From: Phoronis australis
Taxonomy: Eukaryota > Animalia > Phoronida
DNA length: 64,000 bases
NCBI GenBank assembly: GCA_002633005.1
Contig: NMRA01000319.1
Span: 227,546-291,545 of the forward strand
Direction: 5' to 3'
Part shown: positions 1 to 11,205 of the stretch, piece after piece
Position numbering within the stretch: position 1 is the first letter of the stretch
Layout: each line of letters starts with the position of its first letter
Position numbers and translations under genes: made by a program
The notes under the pieces: model-generated
Told to the model about the DNA's origin: nothing
The model's input: only the letters and a program-made list of their open reading frames with translations
Databases searched by the model: none

Positions 1-56
1 TTCAATCTTTGAACTGTCTAGTTGCCAATCATCAACGCTGCACACTTTCTTTACAG

Positions 57-169
57 ATGTGACCCTGTCTTTATACAATATCAGTTCTTCAAGAGGCCAG
101 TGCATAGAAGTGTAGGTAAGACGGCTGCACGCAACATCTACTGGGACGACTATGACGTTGTTCTAGCTG
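57..169 (+). CDS. CFAP92: CFAP92/KIAA1257-like gene, first exon visible in the window (CDPVFIQYQFFKRPVHRSVGKTAARNIYWDDYDVVLA); gene starts upstream
   Basis: Pyrimidine tract + ttacAG acceptor at 55-56, open frame, G|GTAAGT donor at 170; phase 1 matches the next exon; peptide resembles, from memory, the CxPVYxxYxF..H segment of CFAP92/FLJ43738 proteins. Confidence 0.8.
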
Positions 170-866
170 GTAAGTATTCGATAGATAATTTATAATTATG
201 TAATACTTTCCATCTTCACATGGCAGCAAACGGGCAATGTAACTGATTTGAATTTAATCTTCGTCCAAATATGCCAATGGTTTGTCTAGTCTAATGTCTT
301 GAATGTAAGTTATGTCGTTTTTGTGGCTACAAAAACATAAAAAGATACTTAGAGGCACTGTATGTATAAATTTTGTTAACAGTTCACATATCACAAACAT
401 CATCTTTCATCAGTGCAAGGAGTCTATTGATTACTTATTTATGACATAGAATGTGCGACTGTTTCGAGCAGCCTTATACCCGTTCAGCATTCTGTAGGCA
501 CGAGAACCTGGCAAAAAGCCAGATCACGCACTGCAAGTGAAACATGTGACCACGCTAGCTTTACTCGCTAGTGTCTTGCATCTGTGGAACTTTGCCCAGA
601 GATAAAACTATAATTATAGTCATTATACTTGTTGTGCAAGGTGCATGAATCATAACTGTCCTACACTGACTTTAAAAGCTTTAACTGTACATCAGTTTAT
701 TGAGTGAAATCCAATCAAGCATATTGCATAATCTCTCTGTTCTCATGGCATTATTAGGAGGTCTCCCGTTTTCTCTGAATATGGCTGTAAGGATATCATT
801 ATAAGAAAATCCAGTACTTTATTGAAAAAGTAATTGGGTCCATCATGAGTTACCATTGTCCCCCAG

Positions 867-1031
867 GTACGTATGAGATGTCAGAGCTGCGAGAGTTTCT
901 GAGGGGTCCTGCCTTAGAGGTGCAGGTTCACGACCGCGACCGCAAGAAGGAAGAGGAGAAAAAACTGAAGCCGACCCTGTTTGGTGACGACCTGGAGGAT
1001 GAGAAAATTAGCAACGTTGGCGCAGTGTCTG
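867..1031 (+). CDS. CFAP92: CFAP92-like exon (GTYEMSELREFLRGPALEVQVHDRDRKK...VS)
   Basis: cccAG acceptor 865-866, GTATGT donor 1032; LRExLxGPxLxVxVHDRDRK motif recognised as CFAP92/FLJ43738 family. Confidence 0.88.
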
Positions 1032-1578
1032 GTATGTAATCATAATCTTATGACAAAATGGGGAAACGTGAAAACTACATTATGAACCATCCCACTGTTA
1101 GTTATGTAGTGGAATCTTAATATTGCTCAATGTTTAACTTTTTGTTGTTGTATGAAGCTAGGATTTTACATTCATAGTGAAAAAAATTCAGAGGGCTGTG
1201 TTGGTGTTGCTTAGTCACGTGGACCTGCTGCCCTCTGGTGGTACTTTTGTTATGCAGGGATTCGTCATTCTTGGATATTATGAATTTTGCAAGCATTTGC
1301 CAAGAACCTTAATGTTGAACTCTTCCTGTGCATAGCTGTCATAATTTTTGTCCAGTTATTTTTTTCATGTAATTTATATATCTTTGATCTCATCCGGGCC
1401 CGCAATTATGCGCAGTATTGTGTTGTATTGTATTGTTAGTTGATTTTTTTGCAGTGACATTAGTCTGATTGTTGAATATGGCCACTTGACTTGAGAAAAA
1501 GATTTTGAATTTGTCGCAATATTCATCTGCAAGCAAAGCCCCTGTGCACATTGATTATATTTTTTTTTTACTTTTCAG

Positions 1579-1791
1579 CCAAGCGCACCAGAAACAACCC
1601 ACTGAAAGAGAAACCACGTCCGTGGGACCCATATGGAGTTGCCAAGTTCAACTTGTCAGAACTCCTTCTGGGTCAGAAGGTACTCTATATGAGCATGCCC
1701 ATACACAACTGCCCTCTGCCGGATCTTTTGGGAACTACTGTGTCCGAAGATGGGAAAGTGATCGGCATTTCAGGATCTGTTGACGGACCAG
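1579..1791 (+). CDS. CFAP92: CFAP92-like exon (AKRTRNNP...WDPYGVAKFNLSELLLGQKVLYMSMPIHNC...GP)
   Basis: Poly-T/ttcAG acceptor, GTACGT donor; DPYGxAxxxLxELLLG..PIHxC motif; phase 1-1. Confidence 0.88.
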
Positions 1792-2092
1792 GTACGTTGA
1801 TTCATATTTTCACTAGGATGTTTAATTTGCAATTTGTCTCAAACTTGAGAATTTGGTGATGCCTCGTCCGTTTGTCTCGATTTCATGACAAGACTTCTTG
1901 CTATAGTTAAAAACCATGATATTGAAAATTAAAGATATGAAAAGTGATGTTTTATACTCCATTTCGTAATTTGTTTTAACATTGTTGAAAGAGTTTCTGT
2001 GTTCAAAGGAATTCTCTTGCACACGGTGTTGTTGGTGTTGCTATGCGCCTGATGTTGCCCTTGCTTGAATTTATCCGTCTCTACGTCCACAG

Positions 2093-2223
2093 AGGAGCCC
2101 TACCTGCCAGTTGGCCATTATCTGGACAGTGGTGCCACCTTGAAGGTCAAAGTGGAACTAGCCCACCCTCTGACAACCCCTACTGAGGTAGCTGCCAAGC
2201 CCGACTTTGATACCACCTATGAG
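2093..2223 (+). CDS. CFAP92: CFAP92-like exon (EEPYLPVGHYLDSGATLKVKVELAHPL...YE)
   Basis: cacAG acceptor 2091-2092, GTAATT donor 2224; phase 1-0. Confidence 0.85.
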
Positions 2224-2664
2224 GTAATTTTTGAAAGGTTGGAATTCAGTGTTCTAGTAAATGGAAACAACGCTTTTCAGGTTTGTTTCCGTAGCAACTT
2301 GCTCTGAAACTTCTGTTATACTTGTCAATCACTACTAGTGCATCTAGTGGCCTGTGTCTTAAAGAGACTTCTGCCTTTTGTCTTTTTACTGCAGTAAAAA
2401 TCAGAAATATGACTAGGAAGACCCAAAAGTTGATTTTTTGTACTTAATTTGCTTTTCTCAAAACATTTTTGTCTGTTTAGTTAAGCAAACCATGGATTTC
2501 TGTCTTGTGAGTTGTAAACCAATTGATTGACTTTCAGTATTTGTCGATTTTCGTGAAACATATCAAGCCAGCTGTAAACTGTTTTTATCTGAAAGTCAAA
2601 AACAGAAGCAGGCCCCGGGAGTGATGTTCCAGCTCTTCATTTCTGTGTTTTTATCTCCCGACAG

Positions 2665-2825
2665 TGTCCATTTGGCCGTATCGTGTTCATCTTTGACTAC
2701 CATGACACAGTCGTCCTACACAAGCTTCAGAAGATGCTACAGCAAATAAACGCGGAAGCCTTGGACCTGACAACCCTGCCGAGTCATGTGATCCATGCAG
2801 CCCTGTCAACATACAAGCTGTCTTT
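2665..2825 (+). CDS. CFAP92: CFAP92-like exon (CPFGRIVFIFDYHDTVVLHKLQKMLQQINAEALDL...YKLS)
   Basis: gacAG acceptor 2663-2664, GTGAGT donor 2826; not in ORF track, translated by hand; phase 0-2. Confidence 0.85.
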
Positions 2826-3332
2826 GTGAGTATATAGATTAGCAATGTTCTGTCTTCTCGTGGAGAACTTGTCAGTTTTGGGAGTAATTTCACGTCATTT
2901 TCTCAGACATTTAGAATTAGTTTTGGAGAATTTTTGGGGGTAAATTATGTGCTGAAAAGATGAAAGATGCTTGTGGGTCTCCCACAGGATGGGTTGTCAG
3001 GGATGTGTCATCAACTTGAGCCAGTATTTTGCCCTACCACGTATCATGTCAGGTGGGCATTACGGCTTTGGGGTATCAATGGTAGGCAAAGAAGAGAAAA
3101 AAGTGAGTATGGGGAGGGAGTGTTGTGAAAGTAGTTACCATCTCAGGTAGGCTTTTTTGTTGCTTGGTATTGTCTCGAATTCCGGTATTTCTGGTTATAC
3201 AGTCATCCTGTTGGTTATTGTGTAGAAGAGAGTGAGTGAGGACGCCAGTGTCTGTGTATGTGTGACCACAAGATCACTCTTAAGCTAACCGTTAGTGTTT
3301 GCTTTCAACCTACATCTCTGTTCTTACTGCAG

Positions 3333-3475
3333 TGATCAGCAGAAAAGTCGTACTTTGAACATCGCTACGGGATTCCAAGTCATGGACGGCGTTCACCATA
3401 TATTCGTTATTGAAGGACTGCGGGACGGTGCTGTTAAAGATCTGTGGAATGCCTTTCCAAAATCTGAGTTCAAAG
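3333..3475 (+). CDS. CFAP92: CFAP92-like exon (DQQKSRTLNIATGFQVMDGVHHIFVIEGLRDGAVKDLW...FK)
   Basis: tgcAG acceptor 3331-3332, AAG|GTTTGT donor; TGF..D..HxFxxEGL motif; phase 2-1. Confidence 0.85.
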
Positions 3476-4115
3476 GTTTGTGGCTGAGTGAGATTAAATG
3501 AAAGCACGTATCCAGAACTTTGGTATTCCCTGGATGGTGTTTTCTTTTTTTGACTTATATTAGTTACCAGTACTTCTCGATCAATTGTCCACCATTAAAA
3601 ACCACAAAAGATGGCCTGAACTGGAGGAAATCGTTGCGAAGTAGCCTCCTCTCAATTAAATATTTGATAACTGTTGGTTTTTCGATCACAAATTTGTTTT
3701 GTTTCAACTGACCTGTACCTAATCCATAGTCTAGCTGTGTTTCGTCAGCCAGTTGCCCTAGAGTAAGTTGCCCCAGTAATACGTAACGCATGATCTAAGT
3801 GACTCTGTAGACAAAAAGTGACTCGGTGCAGCTGTACACCAGTGTGACAGAGAATTGATATCCACCAGGTGGTGCTAGTGTGAATTGAATCTTCTTGTCA
3901 TCTGAATGAAGGAGAACTGAAAGCTGTTTACCTACATCAGGGTGATCATGTGATACGGGTCCATGTGACCACACAAATACATGTCTTTACACAAGTGTCA
4001 GCCAATGATATTCAAATTTATCATGATCGAAAAACATGTTTTCAGCCATTATGCCAACTTGTATTCCATGATTCTTTGCATTTTTAAATACATTCTGTCA
4101 CATATGACTTTCCAG

Positions 4116-4297
4116 ACCTAGTCATCCTGTTCAACTCTGACCTCAGTTTTCACGCCCGTATCTACGGCCCGCTGGATGTTGACGTGACCCGCATCAAACT
4201 TCATGAGCCGTTGTCGAGGATCACTTCTCAGCCGTTGTTGTACGTACGTGACATGGTGCCAAAACCATGCTTTGAAGCTCTGGTGAAACTACACGAC
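4116..4297 (+). CDS. CFAP92: CFAP92-like exon (DLVILFNSDLSFHARIYGPLDVDVTRIKLHEPLSRITSQPLLYVRDMVPKPCFEALVKLHD)
   Basis: tccAG acceptor 4114-4115, GTAAGT donor 4298; hand-translated, open; phase 1-0. Confidence 0.88.
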
Positions 4298-4665
4298 GTA
4301 AGTGTTAAAAAAGTGTAGATAGATAAAACGTAATTATAGTAATCAAAAAAGTCAGACGAGACTGAAAAACATTCAAATGCATATTAAGCAGGACTGCACG
4401 TGTTTTTGCGCACCAAAATTATCTTAATTGCAGATAAGATTGCAATTGCTTGATTTGCTAAAAATTCTTACTTCAATCAGTCCTTGAATGAATTATTCTG
4501 ACTAAAGCAAAATCCAACGAAGTGAAGAATCGCTCTTGCAGTATGTTGTGTTACAACTGCATGTTAACAGCTACATAATAGGAATCTGGGGTGTGTGGCA
4601 AATTAAATTGAACAGTTACTTAAATTGTAATCTAATAATGAAACTTGACTGCCCTCGTATTTCAG

Positions 4666-4783
4666 TTGACAAAAATGACTAAATTGAAGGAAGCTGTCCG
4701 CTACAGTTTGTTCCCATCTGCTGAAATGGTCATCTCTATGAGTCGAGAGTTTGGTGTGCCGCTGACGGCAGCAGATATCAAGG
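4666..4783 (+). CDS. CFAP92: CFAP92-like exon (LTKMTKLKEAVRYSLFPSAEMVISMSREFGVPLTAADIK)
   Basis: ttcAG acceptor 4664-4665, G|GTGAGT donor 4784; LFPSAEM...EFGxP motif; phase 0-1. Confidence 0.88.
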
Positions 4784-5271
4784 GTGAGTTCATGGGGTCA
4801 GCAGAGCCGGCTCTACTGCTTCTTGGACCTCGTTTTGGGGAGGACGCTAAATGTGAGACATCGGAAAATTGAAGCAGTGTGACAATTCCATCTTTCAGTC
4901 GTAGTTCGACGTGAATTTCTACAGAATTTTTAACTTTCGAGGAGTTGAATGTTGTTTCTGTGGTGTAAATTATTTATTTCCAACTTGTTGTTCATGGTTT
5001 CCTAATTATCATTCCTATTTTGGAGAACAATGCGTAAAGCTTCGTCGTGATGGTATCTGAAAGTTTCAGATTTATTTGATAAGCTATTTTTGAGATACGA
5101 TGTTCCAAAGTTGGCCAAATTTTAGTATTTTCAAGTCCCCACATAACCCTAATCTACAAACATGAATTGGTTTGTAGTTGACAAATTGAGATTGGCAAGA
5201 TATTTGCCGCAAGCATATGTATTGATTGGTAAAGCCTCATGACCTCTTACTATAACAACCGCCGTTTGCAG

Positions 5272-5468
5272 AACTGGAACCCAGGGAAGCTGCAATAAAT
5301 CTGGACACAAACCAGACCGCAGAATTCAGAGAAAATGACGTCGATGAACTCCGACCTAGGACGAGCCGTGTCTGGACACCCATAGATAATTATAACCCGG
5401 AGTTTGACCGGCATTTGAGAGAGAACTCTGTCAAGTTCAGCGCCAAGAACTTCAACAAATCCCACTTG
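5272..5468 (+). CDS. CFAP92: CFAP92-like exon (ELEPREAAINL...VWTPIDNYNPEF...KNFNKSHL)
   Basis: tgcAG acceptor 5270-5271, GTAAGA donor 5469; open frame; phase 1-0. Confidence 0.78.
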
Positions 5469-5914
5469 GTAAGAAACGGGGGCAATTGTACGGGAGTCTT
5501 ACGCCAAAGGTCATTACGTCTATGTGGTAATTGAACATTGAGTGGCACTTCAAAAAGATAGTTCCACCAGCAAATGTGTTTTGCCTAGATATCACAGACT
5601 AGTGACTTATTATGAAAACTAGAAGGACGATGAGAAAGAATGTCTGAGTTAACTATCATTCTAGTAAGATGTCATCAGTAATCCGTGGTTGCCGGATAAA
5701 TGGAACTCTTCCTTGTAAATGCATTGCTGATTTTGTCAAGTTACATGGACCTTGCCATCTAGAGTCAGTAGTAACTCTTTGTTATAGATAGCTTGTCTCT
5801 TGGTAATTTAGTGCATGAAAACAAATAACAAGACATGCTAAATTAATTAATAAAAAATGTCACGTTAACAACTGACCTCAAAACATGATTGTGGGGAAAC
5901 TACATGCCTAATAG

Positions 5915-6250
5915 ATGAACACTGCAGTATGAACACTGCAGTATGAACACTACAGTATGAACACTGCAGTATGAACACTGCAGTATGAACACTACAGTAT
6001 GAACACTGCAGTATGAACACTGCAGTATGAACACTACAGTATGAACACTGCAGTATGAACACTGTAGTATGAAAACTGCAGTATGAATGCTGCAGTATGA
6101 AAACTACAGTATGTACACTGCAGTATGAACACTACAGTATGAACACTGCAGTATGAACACTGCAGTATGAACACTACAGTATGAACACTGCGGTATGAAC
6201 AGTGCAGTATGAACACTACAGTATGAACACTACAGTATGAACACTGCAGT
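5915..6250. repeat. Intronic minisatellite, 14-bp unit ATGAACACTRCAGT, about 24 copies
   Basis: Directly visible tandem array; explains the spurious repetitive ORFs at 5865-6306. Confidence 0.97.
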
Positions 6251-6519
6251 GCGATCAATTGCGGAAAGACGGATCGATGCATATTGAATAGGGAATAGGA
6301 TACCAAAAATTGGCTGGAACCATGTTCATAGTTGTAACTTGGTGGAATTACTTCTGTAGAGAGGATGACTTTAGAATCTCAGTGATGCGTAGGCTGTGTA
6401 TAATGTGCTGGGTAGTGGGTGTGTTGATGCTATGTAACTTATGTGCATTGTCAATGTTGAGTGCTAGAGCCTCATGGTGAAAAACAGTAGCTGTTAATGT
6501 TAATTAAGCTAGCAACAGA

Positions 6520-6750
6520 GGAGGCAGTGTGGCCCAGTGGGATAAGTGTCGGCTTCCTTTATTCTAGGTCGTGGGTGCGAGTCCCACCTGGGGCACACTG
6601 CTAGACCCTTGAGCCTGATCTCTAGTTCCCCAGCTTGGTTTTAACTACATGTTAATTTAGCATAAAAATGGTTCCAGGTGATCAGTGCAATGGGCCCACA
6701 TGAGTGGCCTGCACACATCTGGTGCAACGTGTACCATGAGACCACAATTA
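6520..6750 (+). mobile_element. tRNA-derived SINE, copy 1
   Basis: Pol III A-box TGGCCCAGTGG and B-box-like GGTGCGAGTCCC, then a body shared with 59880-60110 (ATAAAAATGGTTCCRGGTGATCAGTGCAATGGGCCC). Confidence 0.8.
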
Positions 6751-6787
6751 TTTTTTTATAACATTCTGGTAACTTTTATTCACTCAG

Positions 6788-6940
6788 GAGTCTGTGAGTG
6801 CACGTAGTGCCTACAACAAGGCAGTTCGCAGCCAGCAGAAGCCGCAGACGGTGTCTATCTCTGTCCCTCACAACTACAGCACACAGACGCTCAACTCAAC
6901 AGCACTGGCCACGGACAAAGTCCGAGAAATACTTTCCAAG
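6788..6940 (+). CDS. CFAP92: CFAP92-like exon (ESVSARSAYNK...HNYSTQTLNSTALATDKVREILSK)
   Basis: ctcAG acceptor 6786-6787, AAG|GTAAAA donor; NYSxQTLNST motif; phase 0-0. Confidence 0.85.
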
Positions 6941-7840
6941 GTAAAAATTAATTTGATTGGATAACTGCTTTTAACATGATGACAATGGTTTCTATACAAA
7001 CTGAAGAGCGGTACTTACTTCTTAGTCTGTGTCATGTGCATTATTGAGTGATTTGCACTGAACCTTTGATCAACAGAATGTTTTCAAGAGGTTGATTTTA
7101 CTTGTAATGTCATGTGCTACAAGAGTAAAGGTTCATTTCCTCCTTGTACAAAGGACCTGTGCTCTCACACACGTTATTTTTTTCTGTTGGAAATATTCAG
7201 TACAATCCAAACGTAATCAGACAAAATACCATTTCCCCTCCATGACTAACCACTTACAGCAAAAATGACTCAGTATTAACCATTACAGCGGCCAAAATTC
7301 TAATTATAGAATTTTTTTGCCACCTTACTAACTTTCTTGTTCTTGGTCATGAGGGAAGACTAGTCCGAAGATGACCTTGGCTTCTGTCCATCCATCATGA
7401 CGGAAAATTCTGGGTCCTTTTGTCTGAATAATTAAGGCTTCTGCTGTACATTATCATATCTTCAGCTGCTGATAGTATAGTGCTGATAGTATATTGCTGA
7501 TAGCATAATTGCTTAATTTAACCCATTCTACGTTTCAGTAGTTTCCAAATGAATGTTATCTCGCGATTGTTCAAGTTTTTGTACGTTTTGTCAAATGACC
7601 AAAATAACCTCTTCATTGCAGTACAATTGTACATCATGGTGACCAGACTGTGTTATTATAAATATGTAAAGCCATGTTGTTTTCTTTTCTAAACTTACAA
7701 AATAGCATGCAGCAATTCAGAGAAAAAACAAGTAATTTATTACCATGGCCCTTTTTGCTTTTATTACGCATCGTGCAATGTTTTGACGGCTATTTACTGA
7801 TTGTTGTTTGTCCAATCATATCTCTCTTCTTTCTCTGCAG

Positions 7841-8053
7841 TCTGACCATAGCTACACTTATGCAGAAGAGTTCCACCACTCGGGAGCGTTTGTACCCGTG
7901 AACGTCGAGCAAAAGCACAAGGATGACCTGAAGGCGTCACGTGATGCATGGAAGACGGCAAAGGGATGGTCGTATCCTGGTGTGAAGAACTTGAGACAAT
8001 GTAACGAACACCCTATGAAACCACCTTCGGCACGTACAGACAGTTTGAAAGAG
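7841..8053 (+). CDS. CFAP92: CFAP92-like exon (SDHSYTYAEEFHHSGAFVPVNVE...WKTAKGWSYPG...HPMKPPSARTDSLKE)
   Basis: Strong pyrimidine tract + ctgcAG ending at 7840, GAG|GTACGT donor; phase 0-0. Confidence 0.85.
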
Positions 8054-8894
8054 GTACGTCACATGTGTCTGTCTCTCTGTCCATCCGTCTCTCTGTATGC
8101 TCATTGATTTTCAATTTGCTTATCTGCGTTCTTATGGCTATTGTTTGGGATTCGTCATACATTATTGCATTGTATTTCTTAACCTTGTATCTAGCTGGTG
8201 AGTTGGTGAAGGTCATGGAAAATATGCGTTGTCCTTTTCTCTGTTTCTCTCCTTAATTTATTGTCTTCAAAACTGATGCTCTCCAAATGGTTTTGCACAT
8301 TATTCCTCCTTTTGTAAATTTGATTTCAAAAGCTCGTATCAATTTTCTAAAATTGAAATATAAATCAAGTCCGACAGTTGTAGCCATTGTCATGAAACCC
8401 TACCACTGACAGTGACGTCATTGCTTAGCCTCTGTAATTCATTTCCTCTGCAAAGAGTTCATTGTAGTGTTTTCTATTAGTTGTTCAAGTATAACCACAA
8501 TCATTCAATTAAATCTGTTGACAGATTGATCTCCGGGAGTATTTGCCTCTCTGAAATCACTTTGCTGTACTGAGTTCAAGAACCGCACCCGATTGACTTG
8601 TGCCAAGCCCTTTTCAATTGACAGTGAATTGAGATTTTTGATTGGATGGATTTAGGCATGTGACCACCATGTCTTCTTAAGGCATCTTGGCCTCTTGCAG
8701 AGTCGGGGCTTGAGAGATTTAAAAGTTTTTTCCTCAGTCTCAAGATGCCTATGTGAATGTATTTATTTTGTTATCTACATTGTAGTTCAGTGTGGAGTGG
8801 TGATGGTAATTGGCTTACACACTTATTTTGACTGACAGTTATTTAAGACTTCTGATTGGCTAAACTGTGTCTTGTGACCACCATTTCTACTTAA

Positions 8895-9005
8895 TTGACT
8901 TGGATGAACTGGTTCTCTCTCGTATGAGAAGTACATTGAGTGCTTGTTGACTTGGATGAACTGGTTCTCTCTCGTATGAGAAGTACATTGAGTGCTTGTT
9001 GACTT
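8895..9005. repeat. Tandem duplication, 52-bp unit x2
   Basis: TTGACTTGGATGAACTGGTTCTCTCTCGTATGAGAAGTACATTGAGTGCTTG at 8895 and 8947. Confidence 0.95.
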
Positions 9006-10618
9006 TCTTTCTATGTGAAACAAGCATGTTTTTATGAATGACCAACAATAATTATGTTTTTGAACCCATACTTGGTACACGTCAAATTTTTTAACTGATT
9101 TTATAAATTACAGACTAAATATCAATGCCTACTCGACTAATAACTAATGAAATTTCTCAGCTTCTGCAAAAATAGGAAATCAACAAAATTCAATCCATTA
9201 AGATAGTAGACATGGGCATTATTGATTTTGTCAGAAATATTTATTATTTTTGGTTTTATTGACAACAGTGATAGAAATTAAAATTTTGAAATCACTATTT
9301 CTAACACAATTAATGTTAGCAGCACAATTATTACAAAGCGTATGCTGCGTTCTGGCTTTTCTATATTATAATGAAGCTGGCTAGATATCTTGACGTGCTT
9401 GGAAACTGTAATAGGACTTTGTGGAGTAAAATGTCAAGATATTATGATTTTGATAGTGTTTCGGAAAGTCCGAAGTTGCTATTTTTGGGGTATAGGTAGA
9501 GATTGTTTTTTGGGTAGAAGCAATTTTCTACGTGAGTAATATGTGTTTACAAGTTGTCTCACTCAAAGTATGTTCAAAATGATATGTTAATTTGGGGGGT
9601 CTCTAGTAAAACTCAATATCCAATGAAAACGTACAGTGAATTTTTTGACAATGTAAGGGCCATGTATGGAATACTCCAAATGGTAAAGAAATAGGCACCC
9701 CAGCCCATCAACTCATGGCCCCAGATATAGACGGTGCTCCTGTCACAAAAATATTTTACTCACAACTTTCCTGAAATTCGGCTACTCTTGGTTAATTACG
9801 AAATTTTCAGAATGCAGTGAATATACATAACCCATAAAGTGCCAAGAGGCATGATTATATCTGGGTTAAAAAATACAAAGAAATTTATGAATACATAAAT
9901 TTAAAAAAAAATGATTTTAAGACTACATCATATGATTGTGAATGTAAATAAATCATTTTCATACACATTGTATACAATTCTATCCACTAACACAAAAAGA
10001 TTTAATATAGAGAAATTTTGATACTATTTCGAATAAAACCTTATTTTCATTTGGTTTGAGTACTTGACATCCATACAGAAAAAAAATAATTTCGGTGTAC
10101 AATTGCGGAATTTCAGAATATGTTTTGTAAATATTGGGGTATTGTTCGTGTGTCTGGAAAAGCTGTACCCTCTGCTCCTTGCATGCCTCACAAGCAAAGA
10201 AAACGTGAGCATTTGTCTTGGTGTCTCCACACTTAAAACTGCGCTTCCATCCCATTTGCCAATAAGTAGTAAAATCAGGGAATATCGGGCGCATAAGTCA
10301 ACTTACTGTCCTTGTCATTATGTCATCAGTCTCAATCAACATTCAGTTATAATTCAGTGGCTTCTTCCAGTTGAATTGTTGAAGAGATGTTTTTTAAGCG
10401 TGTATTGTCTCATAAACACTCTCGTGGGCACTTTGTGGCAAGTAAATTATCAAAAACATTTTTGAGATGGGTTTTGTAGTGTTGAGCCGGCTAGTTTTGA
10501 TTTTTATCAAACAGTTATTAAGTTAAGCATTTGTAGATTATCCAGGTTCATATTGACCTTTGATTGCTTATAATTTTGCATCGTCATTTGACGGGTTATT
10601 ATCGCGCTGTTTTCGTAG

Positions 10619-11205
10619 CCATGGCAAGAAAATATTCTACATGCCAACAAGTTGGAGCCTACGCTCGATCGCGACGTGTTCCCATGGGACAAGCGAAGAC
10701 TCGACGTGGAACGTTACCAAAAACCACCGCCTGAGTTTGGTCTCCAGCGACCAATCACAATCCACCTCGCCGGGCAGAAATTAAAGGATGAGAAAAATTC
10801 GTACAACTTGACGGAGCAGGAAGTGTGGCAGTCCAAGGTGGTGGCTGACGATCCACGGTTCTACACTCACCGTGCTGGCGTTCAGACGGAGCTTCGTGAC
10901 AGAGGATTGAAATCACAAAGCCAGCTGACGAAGCTTGAAAGTCTGCTCAAGGACTTGCCCAAAAAATATTCGCTGAAGCATTCACGGGGCGGGCTACCCA
11001 ACATTCCACCTCTTGACGTGGTGCATAACCCCAGTGTGGATACACGCAATCGTGAAGCAGGGGCCATTGCTGACGTGCCAGTGGAAAATTCCCGTTCGAT
11101 TGTAACTGGATACACGCCAGGAGAGTTCCTGCACCGTAGTTGTCTCTTGGAGAAGAACCGAGTTCCCATGTATGTGTACGACCACAAGAACAAGGGTTAC
11201 TTCAG
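10619..11205 (+). CDS. CFAP92: CFAP92-like exon (PWQENILHANKLEPTLDRDVFPW...WQSKVVADDPRFYTHR...YDHKNKGYF)
   Basis: cgtAG acceptor 10617-10618, CAG|GTAAGT donor 11206; overlaps 185-aa ORF 10652-11209; phase 0-2. Confidence 0.88.

Noticed and set aside
5865-6306. Cys/His-rich repetitive ORFs (LQCSYCSVHTAVFI)n
   Set aside because: Translation of a 14-bp intronic minisatellite; no splice or start support
6520-6595. Possible tRNA gene
   Set aside because: Arms do not pair into a cloverleaf, the B-box is altered, and the sequence runs into a body shared with another copy, so it is a SINE head
9340-10300. Possible DNA transposon in the gene 1 intron, with ORFs 9980-10465
   Set aside because: Looks repeat-like, but I could not find matching termini or a second copy; the ORFs show no domain
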